From an uncultured Eubacteriales bacterium (GTDB lineage: Bacteria > Acidobacteriota > Aminicenantia > Aminicenantales > CALLJL01): 64,000 bases of DNA. The notes under the pieces were generated by a model. The model searched no databases. It was not told the origin of the DNA and saw nothing but the letters and a program-made list of their open reading frames with translations. The translations under genes were made by a program, and so were the position numbers. The DNA lies in NCBI GenBank assembly GCA_964627255.1, contig CAZVIN010000083.1, positions 86,114 through 150,113 of the forward strand, in the 5' to 3' direction. Positions 36,382-45,594 of this stretch are shown piece after piece (the first letter of the stretch is position 1; each line of letters starts with the position of its first letter).

Positions 36382-38190
36382 TTACCGCTTTTTTTGCGCT
36401 CTGACGATAGCCTTGGGCTGCTTGAGAATGGCCTCGACAATTTTTCCCGCTTCATCTTTAACAAACTCAACACTATAATTGGGGATATTTTTTATCCTAA
36501 ATTCGTATCCTCTATAAGGCTCCAATTCTAGCTCGGGCTGATTAGGAATTTGGAGGGAAAGGGTGTCTTCTCTTTTAAGAATAACTTTGATTGTTATCCC
36601 TTGGAATTCATACTCGCCTGCCAACGGTTCTAAAAAGCTCCTTTCTCTCATGGTTTTATCGCCCAAACGAGTAAAAACAATTTCTTTCACCGCCGGTTCA
36701 AGTTGGAGAGAAAGAGAGGCGATGTGGCCGTTAAGGTCAGTCTGAAAACTTAGTTTTTCTTCCAGCCCAAACCTTTTATTTTCGGCCCAGAAAACATCAT
36801 AATGAAAATGCGTAAGCTTTAAGTCGAAAGCGTGAAATTGGGCTTGCAGTTGAGCGCCGTTTTTGGTTACTGTAATCACTCCATAACCTGGATTTTCATA
36901 ATCACCAACATAATCTTCTAAAGGATGAGAGGGACTCGTCCCTTCTTTTCGTCCCTGGAATTTGTCCTTTCTTATTTTTTCAGCCTGCTCCTTAGCTTTC
37001 TTGGCTTCTTCTTTAAACCTTTGGTTCCACGGGATTTCCGGCAAACGAAGCAACCGGTCAATTAAACTATAGCTCAGAATTTGAGGTAGAGGCGTTCCAT
37101 TCAGGTTAGTGAGGATTACCAGCCCTATTTGGTCTTGAGGCAAAAGGGCTACCAGAGCCGAAAAGCCGTCAATTCCTCCGCCGTGGGAAAGCAAAAGATG
37201 GCCGCGATAAGGAGTGATTAACCAGCCTAAGCCATAGCTGGAATAGAGAATTTCGGGAAAGCGAAGCGGGCCAGGAACCACCATCTGGGGAGAATGAATC
37301 TCTTTGAGGGTAGCTTCAGAGACGACCTGTTTGTCGGCATATCTACCTTGACTTAAATTAAAGATTAGCCACTTAGCCATATCCTGAACGTTAGCATTAA
37401 TTGAGCCGGCTGGCCCGATAGCCTCGATAGCGCGAAAGGGAATTGCCTCCACTTGGCCGTTGAATTCTTGATACGGAAGAGAATAATCAGGGGATTGCTG
37501 GGACTCAGCCACCGAAAAATTGGCCTCTCTTATAGTCAGAGGCTCAAGAAGTCTTTGGCGAACAAATTCCTCCCAGCTCTGGTTGGAAACCTTTTCCACC
37601 AGAATTCCAGCCACCATAAACATCAAATTCTGATATTGCCAGAGATAACGGAGGTCCTTACTCGACTCCAGATATGACAAACGAGAGAAGAGCTCTTCTC
37701 GAGAAAAAGAAGAGCCATACCACATTAAGTCGTGTCGAGGAAGCCCTGAACGATGGCAAAGCAGGTCTCGAACCGTCAGCCTTTGTGAAGCCACCGGGTC
37801 CTGGAGTTTAAAGGCGGGCAAATAATCCCGGACCGGTTTATCCCATTCGACCTTGCCTTCGTCCACTAAAAGGCCGACCGCGGTCGCGGTAAAAGCCTTG
37901 GTGCAGGAACCGATGGCAAAAAGAGTGGAAGCAGTGACTGGCAGTTTTTCTTGAATATTCCGAAAACCAAAGCCGTCGGCCATCACCACCTTGCCCTCTT
38001 TTACTACCGCTATCGCTACTCCCGGAACATTCCATTCCCGCCTTGTCTGGTCAATAAAGGAAGCAAAATTTTTCAGTTCCTTAGGTAATGGTTGCAGCCC
38101 AAATAGAGGTAAAAAAATGAAGATTAGAAACAGTAGATAGCCGTAACGACTGTTTTTCTTAAAATAGACCTTTTTCCTTAAGGAGTTCAT
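36382..38190 (-). CDS. Serine hydrolase of the beta-lactamase / peptidase S12 family with an extra C-terminal domain
   Basis: SxxK active-site motif 'GSCTKAFTATAV'. Signal peptide. 602 aa. Confidence 0.7.
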   Translation of the reverse strand: MNSLRKKVYFKKNSRYGYLLFLIFIFLPLFGLQPLPKELKNFASFIDQTRREWNVPGVAIAVVKEGKVVMADGFGFRNIQEKLPVTASTLFAIGSCTKAFTATAVGLLVDEGKVEWDKPVRDYLPAFKLQDPVASQRLTVRDLLCHRSGLPRHDLMWYGSSFSREELFSRLSYLESSKDLRYLWQYQNLMFMVAGILVEKVSNQSWEEFVRQRLLEPLTIREANFSVAESQQSPDYSLPYQEFNGQVEAIPFRAIEAIGPAGSINANVQDMAKWLIFNLSQGRYADKQVVSEATLKEIHSPQMVVPGPLRFPEILYSSYGLGWLITPYRGHLLLSHGGGIDGFSALVALLPQDQIGLVILTNLNGTPLPQILSYSLIDRLLRLPEIPWNQRFKEEAKKAKEQAEKIRKDKFQGRKEGTSPSHPLEDYVGDYENPGYGVITVTKNGAQLQAQFHAFDLKLTHFHYDVFWAENKRFGLEEKLSFQTDLNGHIASLSLQLEPAVKEIVFTRLGDKTMRERSFLEPLAGEYEFQGITIKVILKREDTLSLQIPNQPELELEPYRGYEFRIKNIPNYSVEFVKDEAGKIVEAILKQPKAIVRAQKKR

Positions 38191-38335
38191 CCTGCCTCCT
38201 GAGTTTAGATATCTTCAAGAACCCTAATTTTAAAAAATAAAAAATAAAATAAAAAGCTTTGAATTATTCGAAGTTTTTATGACTGGTTTAGGTCTTCAAA
38301 AAAAACTCTTATGATGGCAGTGAATTCAGCTATAA

Positions 38336-38429
<94 letters not shown>

Positions 38430-38624
38430 CTTACCTTCTTCAATGTATCATTGGAAAGCCCTGAAATCAACGCGCGGCAATACGCTTTTGCCGCCGTTTC
38501 AGGGATTCAATTCTTCTTTATCGTGACCGATTCTTTCAGTTTTGGGAATATATATATCGATTATTTCGCCTGATTAGGAAAAAAGTTAAGCAGAAAAATA
38601 ATCTCTCGTTTTTAAAACTGCTGG

Positions 38625-39128
38625 TTACTGTTTTGCCTTTTCTCTTCTCCTAAATTGAAAAAAACTGCGCAAAAGCTTAACGGCCTCCGTCTCTAATAGC
38701 CCACCCTGGACCAGAGGTCGGTGATTAATTTTCTCCCAGGGGAACTTCATAATTGATTGGATTGCCCCAGATTTAGGGTCGAAAGCCGCAAAAATTATCC
38801 GTCTTACCCTGGCCTGGACGGCGGCGCCGAGGCACATCGCGCAGGGCTCTAAAGTGACGAAGAGGTCGCAATCAGCAAGGCGGTAATTCTTCAGGCGGCG
38901 GGCCGCCTTCCTCAGGGCCAAAATTTCGGCGTGCGCCGTCGGGTCTGAACGTCTGATTGGCTGATTATGGGCTCGTGATAAAATTTTCCCGCCAGAAGCG
39001 ACTATCGCGCCTACCGGGACCTCGCCCTCCTCGCCGGCCTTCTCCGCCTCCTTAAGAGCCAGACGCATTATCTCTTCTTCAGTTAATCGAGTTTTCTTTT
39101 TTAGACGCCTTCTTACTTCAGACATCAA
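38625..39128 (-). CDS. tadA: tRNA-specific adenosine deaminase
   Basis: CDA-fold zinc motifs 'HAEILAL' and 'PCAMC'. Confidence 0.85.
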   Translation of the reverse strand: MMSEVRRRLKKKTRLTEEEIMRLALKEAEKAGEEGEVPVGAIVASGGKILSRAHNQPIRRSDPTAHAEILALRKAARRLKNYRLADCDLFVTLEPCAMCLGAAVQARVRRIIFAAFDPKSGAIQSIMKFPWEKINHRPLVQGGLLETEAVKLLRSFFQFRRREKAKQ

Positions 39129-39275
39129 ATCGCCTCGAGCATTTTTATCTCTATTTTACTAACTCTAAAAAGAGATAAAAGCCTTTTTATTTTTATTTTC
39201 CCGGCCGCTAAGTTTTTTCCCTCAGAGATTGCTAATTAAATTGAACCACGCTAAACTCAGGGCGGAGGATGAATT

Positions 39276-40484
39276 ATGGAAAAGTGGGAATGTCTTTTTT
39301 GCGAGGAGCCGCGCGAGGCCAACCTATTTTGGCCGTTTTGCCCTCGGTGTAGCCAACCATTGGTAATTTCTTTAACTCCAAAGAAGCGCTCTTTTAGCCT
39401 AAACAAGCTCTCACCGCTCGAAAAATTCCAGCCCTTTTTGCCCTTGCCTCGCCTCGAAAAAAATCTCTTTCTAGGAGAGGGCAACACGCCTTTGCTCAGG
39501 CTTTATCGTCTGGAAAAGAAAATTGACCTGGCTTTCCCCGTTTATGCCAAGAATGAGATGGCCAACCCGACTCAGAGCTTCAAGGATAGGGGCACGGCGG
39601 TGGTCATTCAAAAAGCTGTCAGCTTAAGAATAAAAAAGATAGGCACAGTTTCTACCGGTAACATGGCCGCCTCTACGGCAGCTTATGGTGCCAAAGCCCG
39701 GCTGAAAACCTTTGTCCTACTTAAAGAAGATGCTGCCTTAGAAAAGACGATTTCGACGGGAATCTACGGAGCGCACCTTATTCAGGTCAAAGGCAATTAT
39801 GGCCGGCTTTTTGAGGAAAGTTATCGGGTCGGAAAAAACTTAGGCATTTATTTTGCTAACTCCTGCGACCCTTATCGCCTCGAAGGCTATAAAGTAACGA
39901 GCTTTGAACTTTATTTTCAATTAAAGCGAAAAATCCCCAGTTATGTTTTTGTCCCGGTAAGCTCCGGTGGTCATCTGCTCGGACTTATTCTCGGTTTTCT
40001 TAACCTGCGAAAGCAAAAATTAGTTGGCCGGTTGCCCCACTTTATCGGAATTCAAGCGGCCGGTTGTGCTCCTTTAGTGCAAGCCTGGGAAAAAGGCGAG
40101 GAAAAAGTCCTGTCGGTTAAAAATCCCCAAACAATAGCTCATGCTATTTCTAACCCTTCCCCGCCCGCAGGCCAGCTGGTTCTAAAGCTCTTGAGAAAAT
40201 ATAAAGGGGAAATGCTGGCGGTCTCGGATGAAGAAATAATGAGGGCTCAGGCTGAGCTGGCCTCCCTTGAAGGATTGTTCTGCGACCCGGCTTCAGCCAC
40301 TACGTGGGCTGGTTTAAAAAAATGGCTGAGCTTCACCACCGCTCGAAAGATAGCCAACGCCGTTCTTATTTTGACCGGTAGCGGCCTCAAGGATTTAACA
40401 CCAGTCAAAGAAAGAGGCAAGATAAGTCTGATTCCCGCTACCCTTCCCTGCTTAGAAGAAGTTCTTTCCTCCTTAGCCTTATGA
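39276..40484 (+). CDS. thrC: Threonine synthase-like PLP enzyme (fold type II) with N-terminal Cys4 zinc ribbon
   Basis: PLP-lysine motif 'NPTQSFKDRGTAV' as in short-form ThrC. N-terminal 'CLFCEE...CPRC'. Confidence 0.6.
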   Translation: MEKWECLFCEEPREANLFWPFCPRCSQPLVISLTPKKRSFSLNKLSPLEKFQPFLPLPRLEKNLFLGEGNTPLLRLYRLEKKIDLAFPVYAKNEMANPTQSFKDRGTAVVIQKAVSLRIKKIGTVSTGNMAASTAAYGAKARLKTFVLLKEDAALEKTISTGIYGAHLIQVKGNYGRLFEESYRVGKNLGIYFANSCDPYRLEGYKVTSFELYFQLKRKIPSYVFVPVSSGGHLLGLILGFLNLRKQKLVGRLPHFIGIQAAGCAPLVQAWEKGEEKVLSVKNPQTIAHAISNPSPPAGQLVLKLLRKYKGEMLAVSDEEIMRAQAELASLEGLFCDPASATTWAGLKKWLSFTTARKIANAVLILTGSGLKDLTPVKERGKISLIPATLPCLEEVLSSLAL

Positions 40485-41459
40485 GCTTCTGGCGGTGACG
40501 AGCGCCTTCAAACCCTCTAAGCTGAGGTTGCCGCCTGAAAGGATTAAAGTGACCTTTTTTCCTTTTAGCTCATCCTTTATTTTTAGCGCGGCAGCTAAGG
40601 CGGCGGCGCCCGCATGTTCGGTTAAGGACCTGATATTCTCGAGATAAATAAGAATGGCTCGAGCCATTTCCTCTTCTGAAACCAGCTGAAAATCATCAAG
40701 ATAAGCCCAAAGAATGGTTTGCGTAAACTCGTAGCCCATCATTGTCTGCAGGCCTTCAGCGGCTGTTTTCATCGGCGCCTGCTGGAGCTTATGGTTTTTC
40801 CAGGAAAGATAGGCGGCCGGTGCCTGTTCGGCCTGAACGGCAATAACCCGGGTTTTTTTACCTTTACCTAAGGCTTCCTTGACTAAGCAACAGCCGCTGG
40901 CCCCGCTACCCCCGCCCACCGGCACGATGACGACCTCTATCTGCGGCTGGTCTTCAAAAATTTCCAGGGCATAAGTGGCCACACCGGCCACTAAATCGGG
41001 TTCATCAGCCGGATGGATGAACCGAGCTCCCTTTTTCTCCGCCAAGCTAAGAGCAAAATCCTTGGCCTCGTCAAATATCTGCCCCTCGAAGATGACCTTA
41101 GCTCCCTGGCTGGCTACGGCTTTAACCTTAACTGGATTCGCTCCTTCAGGCATGACAATCGTCGCCTCAACCCCGAAGAGACGGCAAGCATAGGCAATAG
41201 ACAGAGCGTGATTGCCGGTAGAGGCGGTTACTACTCCGCGGCGCTTTATTTCTGGGCTGAGATGAGCAATAAGGTTGAGGCCGCCGCGCACTTTAAAAGA
41301 ACGCGTGGGTAGATGGTCTTCATGCTTGATAAAAACTTCCGTTCCTACCAGGTCGTTAATTTGAGGATACGAATAAAGCGGCGTTTTAGGCAGAAAAGGC
41401 GCAATGGTTTTTCTGGCTTCGAAAATATCGCCGAGCGTTGGCCATTTTAGTTCTTTCAA
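40479..41459 (-). CDS. Threonine/serine dehydratase-family PLP enzyme (fold type II)
   Basis: 'TRSFKVRGGLN' PLP-lysine motif. 'GGGSGASG' glycine-rich loop. 326 aa, similar in size to catabolic TdcB/serine-racemase-like enzymes. Confidence 0.65.
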   Translation of the reverse strand: MKELKWPTLGDIFEARKTIAPFLPKTPLYSYPQINDLVGTEVFIKHEDHLPTRSFKVRGGLNLIAHLSPEIKRRGVVTASTGNHALSIAYACRLFGVEATIVMPEGANPVKVKAVASQGAKVIFEGQIFDEAKDFALSLAEKKGARFIHPADEPDLVAGVATYALEIFEDQPQIEVVIVPVGGGSGASGCCLVKEALGKGKKTRVIAVQAEQAPAAYLSWKNHKLQQAPMKTAAEGLQTMMGYEFTQTILWAYLDDFQLVSEEEMARAILIYLENIRSLTEHAGAAALAAALKIKDELKGKKVTLILSGGNLSLEGLKALVTARSS

Positions 41460-41501
41460 TTTTTTCTCCTTTTTTCATCGCCAATAAAAATTGGCTGCCT
41501 T

Positions 41502-42575
41502 TTATTTTTTCAGCCTATTTAAGATTTTTTGTCCATAGGCAAAAAGAGCCGGTGTACCGCCGGTATGGAAGAAAACAACGGAATCATTAGGTTTAAAATA
41601 GCCTTGATTGATAAGGTCAATTAAACCCAGCATCGCCTTGGCAGCATAAACCGGGTCCAAGACAATTCCCTCTTGCTGCAGGAGTAGCCGCAAGGTTCGA
41701 GCGACTTTTTTTGAAATGACTCCATAACCTCCTTCGAGGTACTCATCAAAAACAATTATTTCTTCAGGTTTGATATCCAGGGCCAAATCTAAAGCCGCGG
41801 TAGTCGCCCGAGCGATCTTCCATACTTCTTGAGCGAATAATCCTCGCTCCTCGGAAACGCTTATCCCGATAATCTGACACTCGGGATTTAGCAATTTAGC
41901 CCCCACTAATAACCCGGCTTGCGTTGCCCCTGAACCAGTAGCATGAACCACATGCGTAAAAGAATAACCCGCGGCTTTGGCTTGAATCCAGGTTTCATAA
42001 AATGCCTGGACATAGCTTATCGCTCCGAGCGGCAGACTCATCGACCCCAGAGGCATCGACCCGCCCACCGAGACCACATAAGGCCGCAGCCCCTGCGCCT
42101 CGAGTTCAGGGACCAGGCCTTTAATCAGGTTGAGAGCCAATTCCCGGCTAACAACCTTCCCCGGCGGTGCTGGGTGGAAGTAAATTTTTGCGTCCAACAA
42201 GTAATCAAGCAGCAGGTTTCCTCTCGCTGCGGGCAGCTTCTTATCTTGAATAAAAAGAAGAAGAGCTGGTTTTAGACCGAAACGTCGGGCGGCCAGCGCT
42301 GTTTGGAAACACCAGTTAGATTGAACACTTCCCCAGGTAAATATCGCTTGATAATTGTTTTGGACGGCGTCAGCAATAATAAATTCCAACTTCCTTGATT
42401 TATTGCCTCCAAACCCAACGCCGCTCAGGTCATCCCTCTTGATGTAGATCTTTGGTCCCCCGAGGTATTGACTCCAATTGGCAAGGAAGGCCAAGGGCGT
42501 GGGCAAGTGGAGAAAACGAAGGCGAGGCAAAGAAGCAAGCTTAGCAGCAAGTTCCTTTTCTGTTAATAGTGACAT
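41502..42575 (-). CDS. ACC deaminase / D-cysteine desulfhydrase-family PLP enzyme
   Basis: 'GGNKSRKLEFI' is the diagnostic motif of the DcyD/ACCD family. Confidence 0.7.
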   Translation of the reverse strand: MSLLTEKELAAKLASLPRLRFLHLPTPLAFLANWSQYLGGPKIYIKRDDLSGVGFGGNKSRKLEFIIADAVQNNYQAIFTWGSVQSNWCFQTALAARRFGLKPALLLFIQDKKLPAARGNLLLDYLLDAKIYFHPAPPGKVVSRELALNLIKGLVPELEAQGLRPYVVSVGGSMPLGSMSLPLGAISYVQAFYETWIQAKAAGYSFTHVVHATGSGATQAGLLVGAKLLNPECQIIGISVSEERGLFAQEVWKIARATTAALDLALDIKPEEIIVFDEYLEGGYGVISKKVARTLRLLLQQEGIVLDPVYAAKAMLGLIDLINQGYFKPNDSVVFFHTGGTPALFAYGQKILNRLKK

Positions 42576-42584
42576 TGGCCTACC

Positions 42585-42788
42585 TCATTTATCCTGGTGC
42601 CGCGGCTTTTTTTCTGAGGCTAACTCCCCGGCGATACCCCAGCGGCTTTTCGGCACCTCCTGAATAATTACGCGGACAGCCTCGGCTGGTATCCCTAAAT
42701 CAGTAAAAACCTTGGTAATACCATAGATAATTTGTTTGGCTCGGTTGTCATCTAAGCCTTCCCACACATAAGTATGGACTAAGGGCAT
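42585..42788 (-). CDS. 4-oxalocrotonate tautomerase-family protein (67 aa, Pro1)
   Basis: 'MPLVHTYVWEGL...' gives a catalytic N-terminal Pro after Met removal. Beta-alpha-beta size of the 4-OT family. Confidence 0.65.
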   Translation of the reverse strand: MPLVHTYVWEGLDDNRAKQIIYGITKVFTDLGIPAEAVRVIIQEVPKSRWGIAGELASEKKPRHQDK

Positions 42789-42799
42789 AGCAACCTCCT

Positions 42800-44995
42800 C
42801 TATTTCGAATTTTTCTGTTGAGCCTTTAATCCTTGAAGTACCCTCTCTCGAGTCAAGGGAAGCCGAGTTAGTCTGACTCCCGTGCGGTCAAATAAAGCGT
42901 TAGCTAAAGCTGCCCCGACATTAATAATGGCTGGCTCTCCGCCCCCTTGTGGCGGAAAAGAGGGGTTACTTAAGACAACAGCTTTAATTTCCGGCATCCA
43001 GGAGAAACGAGGTATTTCATACCGGTCAAAATTAAGGTCGAGTATTCGGCCTCCCTGAAAATGAATTTCCTCACTCAAAGCATAACCTAGGCCCATCATC
43101 AGGCAGCCTTCAATCTGTTCCTTTGCACCTTCGGGGTTGATGACTTCGCCCATATCTTGGACGCCAGTCATTCTCTTGACCCGAATTATTCCCGTCGCTG
43201 GCTCAACGTCGATTTCAACCATAGCGACAACGTAGGTTCCAAGATAATCAGCGCAGGAAAGCCCCAAACCACGTCCGCTGGGTGGTGGGGCTGGCTTCCA
43301 GCCGAATTCTTCTGCCACCTTTAATAATACTCGTTTCATCCTCTCGTTTGTTAAGTGGCGCAACCTAAACTCAAGCGGGTCGAGGCTGCAACGGGCTGCT
43401 AAGGTGTCAATGTGGGATTCGCGAGCAAAAACGTTGGTATTACTTCCAGGAGCTCGCCAGGGGCCGACGCCGAAAAGATGGCCGGATACTCCGCCTCCCC
43501 AGCCTCCCTTAGAGACAACCCGATAATGGGGAAAATCATAAAAAACTTGGGAACTTCGGTCACCAGCCCAAAAAACCGTATAATCCCAAAAACTGACTCG
43601 GTTATTCTCATCCAAGCCAGACCTAATCTTGACAATAGCGGCCGGCATAAAAGTGTCATAAAAGAATTCCTCCTCGCGGCTCCAGATTACCATAACGGGT
43701 TTGCCCGTTAATTTTGAAAGCCGGGCTGCTTCCACCGCCTGCTGGTTCCGGTTTTTACCACCAAACCCGCCGCCTACATAAACCGGAAATACTCTTACTT
43801 TGTTTATCGGCACTCCTACGGCCTGAGCCACCTCGCTTTGAACTCCAAAAGGCCGCTGCGTGGAGGCCCAGACTTTAACCTCATCTGATTCAATTGTGAC
43901 TAAGGCGGTGTGGGTCTCGATAGGAGCGTGGGCGACATAGGGATTATAATAAGTTTCCTCGACCACCCGGCGAGCCATCTTTTCTCCTTCTTCCAAGCTT
44001 CCTTTCTGGTCCACAACATTGCCAGCCGGTGCTGCTTCTATTAAATGTTCATGAATATTTTCGTTCGAAAGCGGTACATCGGGAACCTCAAACTCGGCTT
44101 TGACCATCTTTAGCGCTCTATCTGCGGCGTCAAAAGTGGGGTGAAGGACAGCAATCAAATCGCCATCCTGAATAATTTGGATATCGGGAATTTTCTTTGC
44201 TTCTTCCAGGTTCAAGCTTTTTAATTTGGCTCCGTGGGCCGGCGGCCTTATAAGACGGGCATAAAGCATATTAGGTAGCATTATGTCGCCGGTATAAAGT
44301 GATTTCCCCATTACTTTTTCCCAAGCGTCTAAACGCGGCTCCGGTTGACCAGCCAGACGATGTTTTTCCACCGGCTTGGGCTGAGGTCTTCCGGTCACTA
44401 ATCGCTCTATTCTTTTACCCTGAGTAAGCTGGCCATAGGCGACTCTAATTGGGCGGTTTTGGCGGTCAAAGATAAACCCATTTTCCGTTTCCAGCCGGTC
44501 AATTGGCACCCGGAGTCTTTCTGAAGCCAACTCCAAGAGAACAGACCGGGCTTCAGCCGCCGCCTGACGGAGGGCGGGACCGAAATACTTGATTGTCCTG
44601 GAGCCAAATGTTCCCATATCCCAGGGACAAAGGGCAGTATCGCCAAGAACCATGTCAACCTTATCCAGACTGATATCGAGCTCTTCGGCCAAAATCTGGG
44701 CTAAAGCGGTTTTGATACCCTGGCCCAGCTCCACCTTGCCCGAAAAGCAGCTGACCCGGCCATCTTCGCGAATAAGAAGGTAGGCATTAAAATCTTCGGG
44801 GTTTTCCCTTTGCCTGGCTTCTTGTTGGGCCCAGGATAAAAAAGAAGGAGGCTCCCCGACAAAGAAAAAAACGAAAAGACCGCTGCCGCTTATTTTCAGG
44901 AAGTCACGACGACTGAGAAGCGAAGAAGAATAATCTATAATATTAGTTTTAGCACTCAAAAGTTCAGCTTCTTCCCATTTTTCTCTCTGACTCAT
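42800..44995 (-). CDS. Molybdopterin-dependent hydroxylase large subunit (xanthine dehydrogenase / aldehyde oxidase family, IorB-like), Tat-exported
   Basis: Twin-arginine motif 'SRRDFLKISGSGLFVFF'. Mo-hydroxylase 'GGGFGGK' motif. About 730 aa. The likely start at 44995 forms an ATGA overlap with the small subunit; the ORF track extends to 45070. Confidence 0.75.
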   Translation of the reverse strand: MSQREKWEEAELLSAKTNIIDYSSSLLSRRDFLKISGSGLFVFFFVGEPPSFLSWAQQEARQRENPEDFNAYLLIREDGRVSCFSGKVELGQGIKTALAQILAEELDISLDKVDMVLGDTALCPWDMGTFGSRTIKYFGPALRQAAAEARSVLLELASERLRVPIDRLETENGFIFDRQNRPIRVAYGQLTQGKRIERLVTGRPQPKPVEKHRLAGQPEPRLDAWEKVMGKSLYTGDIMLPNMLYARLIRPPAHGAKLKSLNLEEAKKIPDIQIIQDGDLIAVLHPTFDAADRALKMVKAEFEVPDVPLSNENIHEHLIEAAPAGNVVDQKGSLEEGEKMARRVVEETYYNPYVAHAPIETHTALVTIESDEVKVWASTQRPFGVQSEVAQAVGVPINKVRVFPVYVGGGFGGKNRNQQAVEAARLSKLTGKPVMVIWSREEEFFYDTFMPAAIVKIRSGLDENNRVSFWDYTVFWAGDRSSQVFYDFPHYRVVSKGGWGGGVSGHLFGVGPWRAPGSNTNVFARESHIDTLAARCSLDPLEFRLRHLTNERMKRVLLKVAEEFGWKPAPPPSGRGLGLSCADYLGTYVVAMVEIDVEPATGIIRVKRMTGVQDMGEVINPEGAKEQIEGCLMMGLGYALSEEIHFQGGRILDLNFDRYEIPRFSWMPEIKAVVLSNPSFPPQGGGEPAIINVGAALANALFDRTGVRLTRLPLTRERVLQGLKAQQKNSK

Positions 44996-45471
44996 GACTT
45001 GCCTCCTCTGAGAATGGCTACAGCCCTTTCTACGGCGTGAACAATCCGCTGATGAGCCCCGCAGCGACAAAGATGGTCGTCAAGGGAGTTGATAATTTGA
45101 TCGCGGCTTGGCTTGGGCGTCTTCTGAAGCAAAGCATAAGCCTCAAGAATCATACCACTTGTACAGAAACCGCACTGGAAAGCCTCCTGCTTGAGAAAGG
45201 CTTCCTGAAGAGGATGGGGTTTTCCGTTTTGGGCCAGGCCTTCCAGGGTCACAAGCTGACGTCCGTTTATCCGGCCCACCTCTGTCTGGCAAGAGCGGAC
45301 CGGTTCGCCATCAATTAGAACCGTACAGGCCCCGCAATAACCCTCCCCACAGCCAAACTTGGGACTGGTTAGCTTTAGGTCATTCCTAAGAACCCAGAGT
45401 AAAGGCCGGGTATTCTCAACTTCTATGCTGATAAACCGCCCGTTAAGATAAAAAGAAACTTTTTGATTCAT
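44992..45471 (-). CDS. [2Fe-2S]-binding small subunit of molybdenum hydroxylase (IorA/CoxS-like)
   Basis: Two 2Fe-2S motifs: 'CGEGYCGACTV' and 'CGFCTSGM...C.C'. Confidence 0.8.
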   Translation of the reverse strand: MNQKVSFYLNGRFISIEVENTRPLLWVLRNDLKLTSPKFGCGEGYCGACTVLIDGEPVRSCQTEVGRINGRQLVTLEGLAQNGKPHPLQEAFLKQEAFQCGFCTSGMILEAYALLQKTPKPSRDQIINSLDDHLCRCGAHQRIVHAVERAVAILRGGKS

Positions 45472-45594
45472 GCTTCCTACCCTCTTTTTTGTTTTTCAGA
45501 GTTAATTTTATCTCCCCCGAAAAAAAAAGAAAGATTTTTGTGGACTTGATTAGGCAAATTTAAAAAGATAAAAGTAGTAAAAAGGAGGCGAGTA

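Noticed and set aside
44996-45070. N-terminal 25 codons of the Mo-hydroxylase large subunit ORF
   Set aside because: The extension overlaps the small-subunit gene by 79 nt. The internal Met at 44995 gives the usual ATGA coupling and a proper Tat signal.
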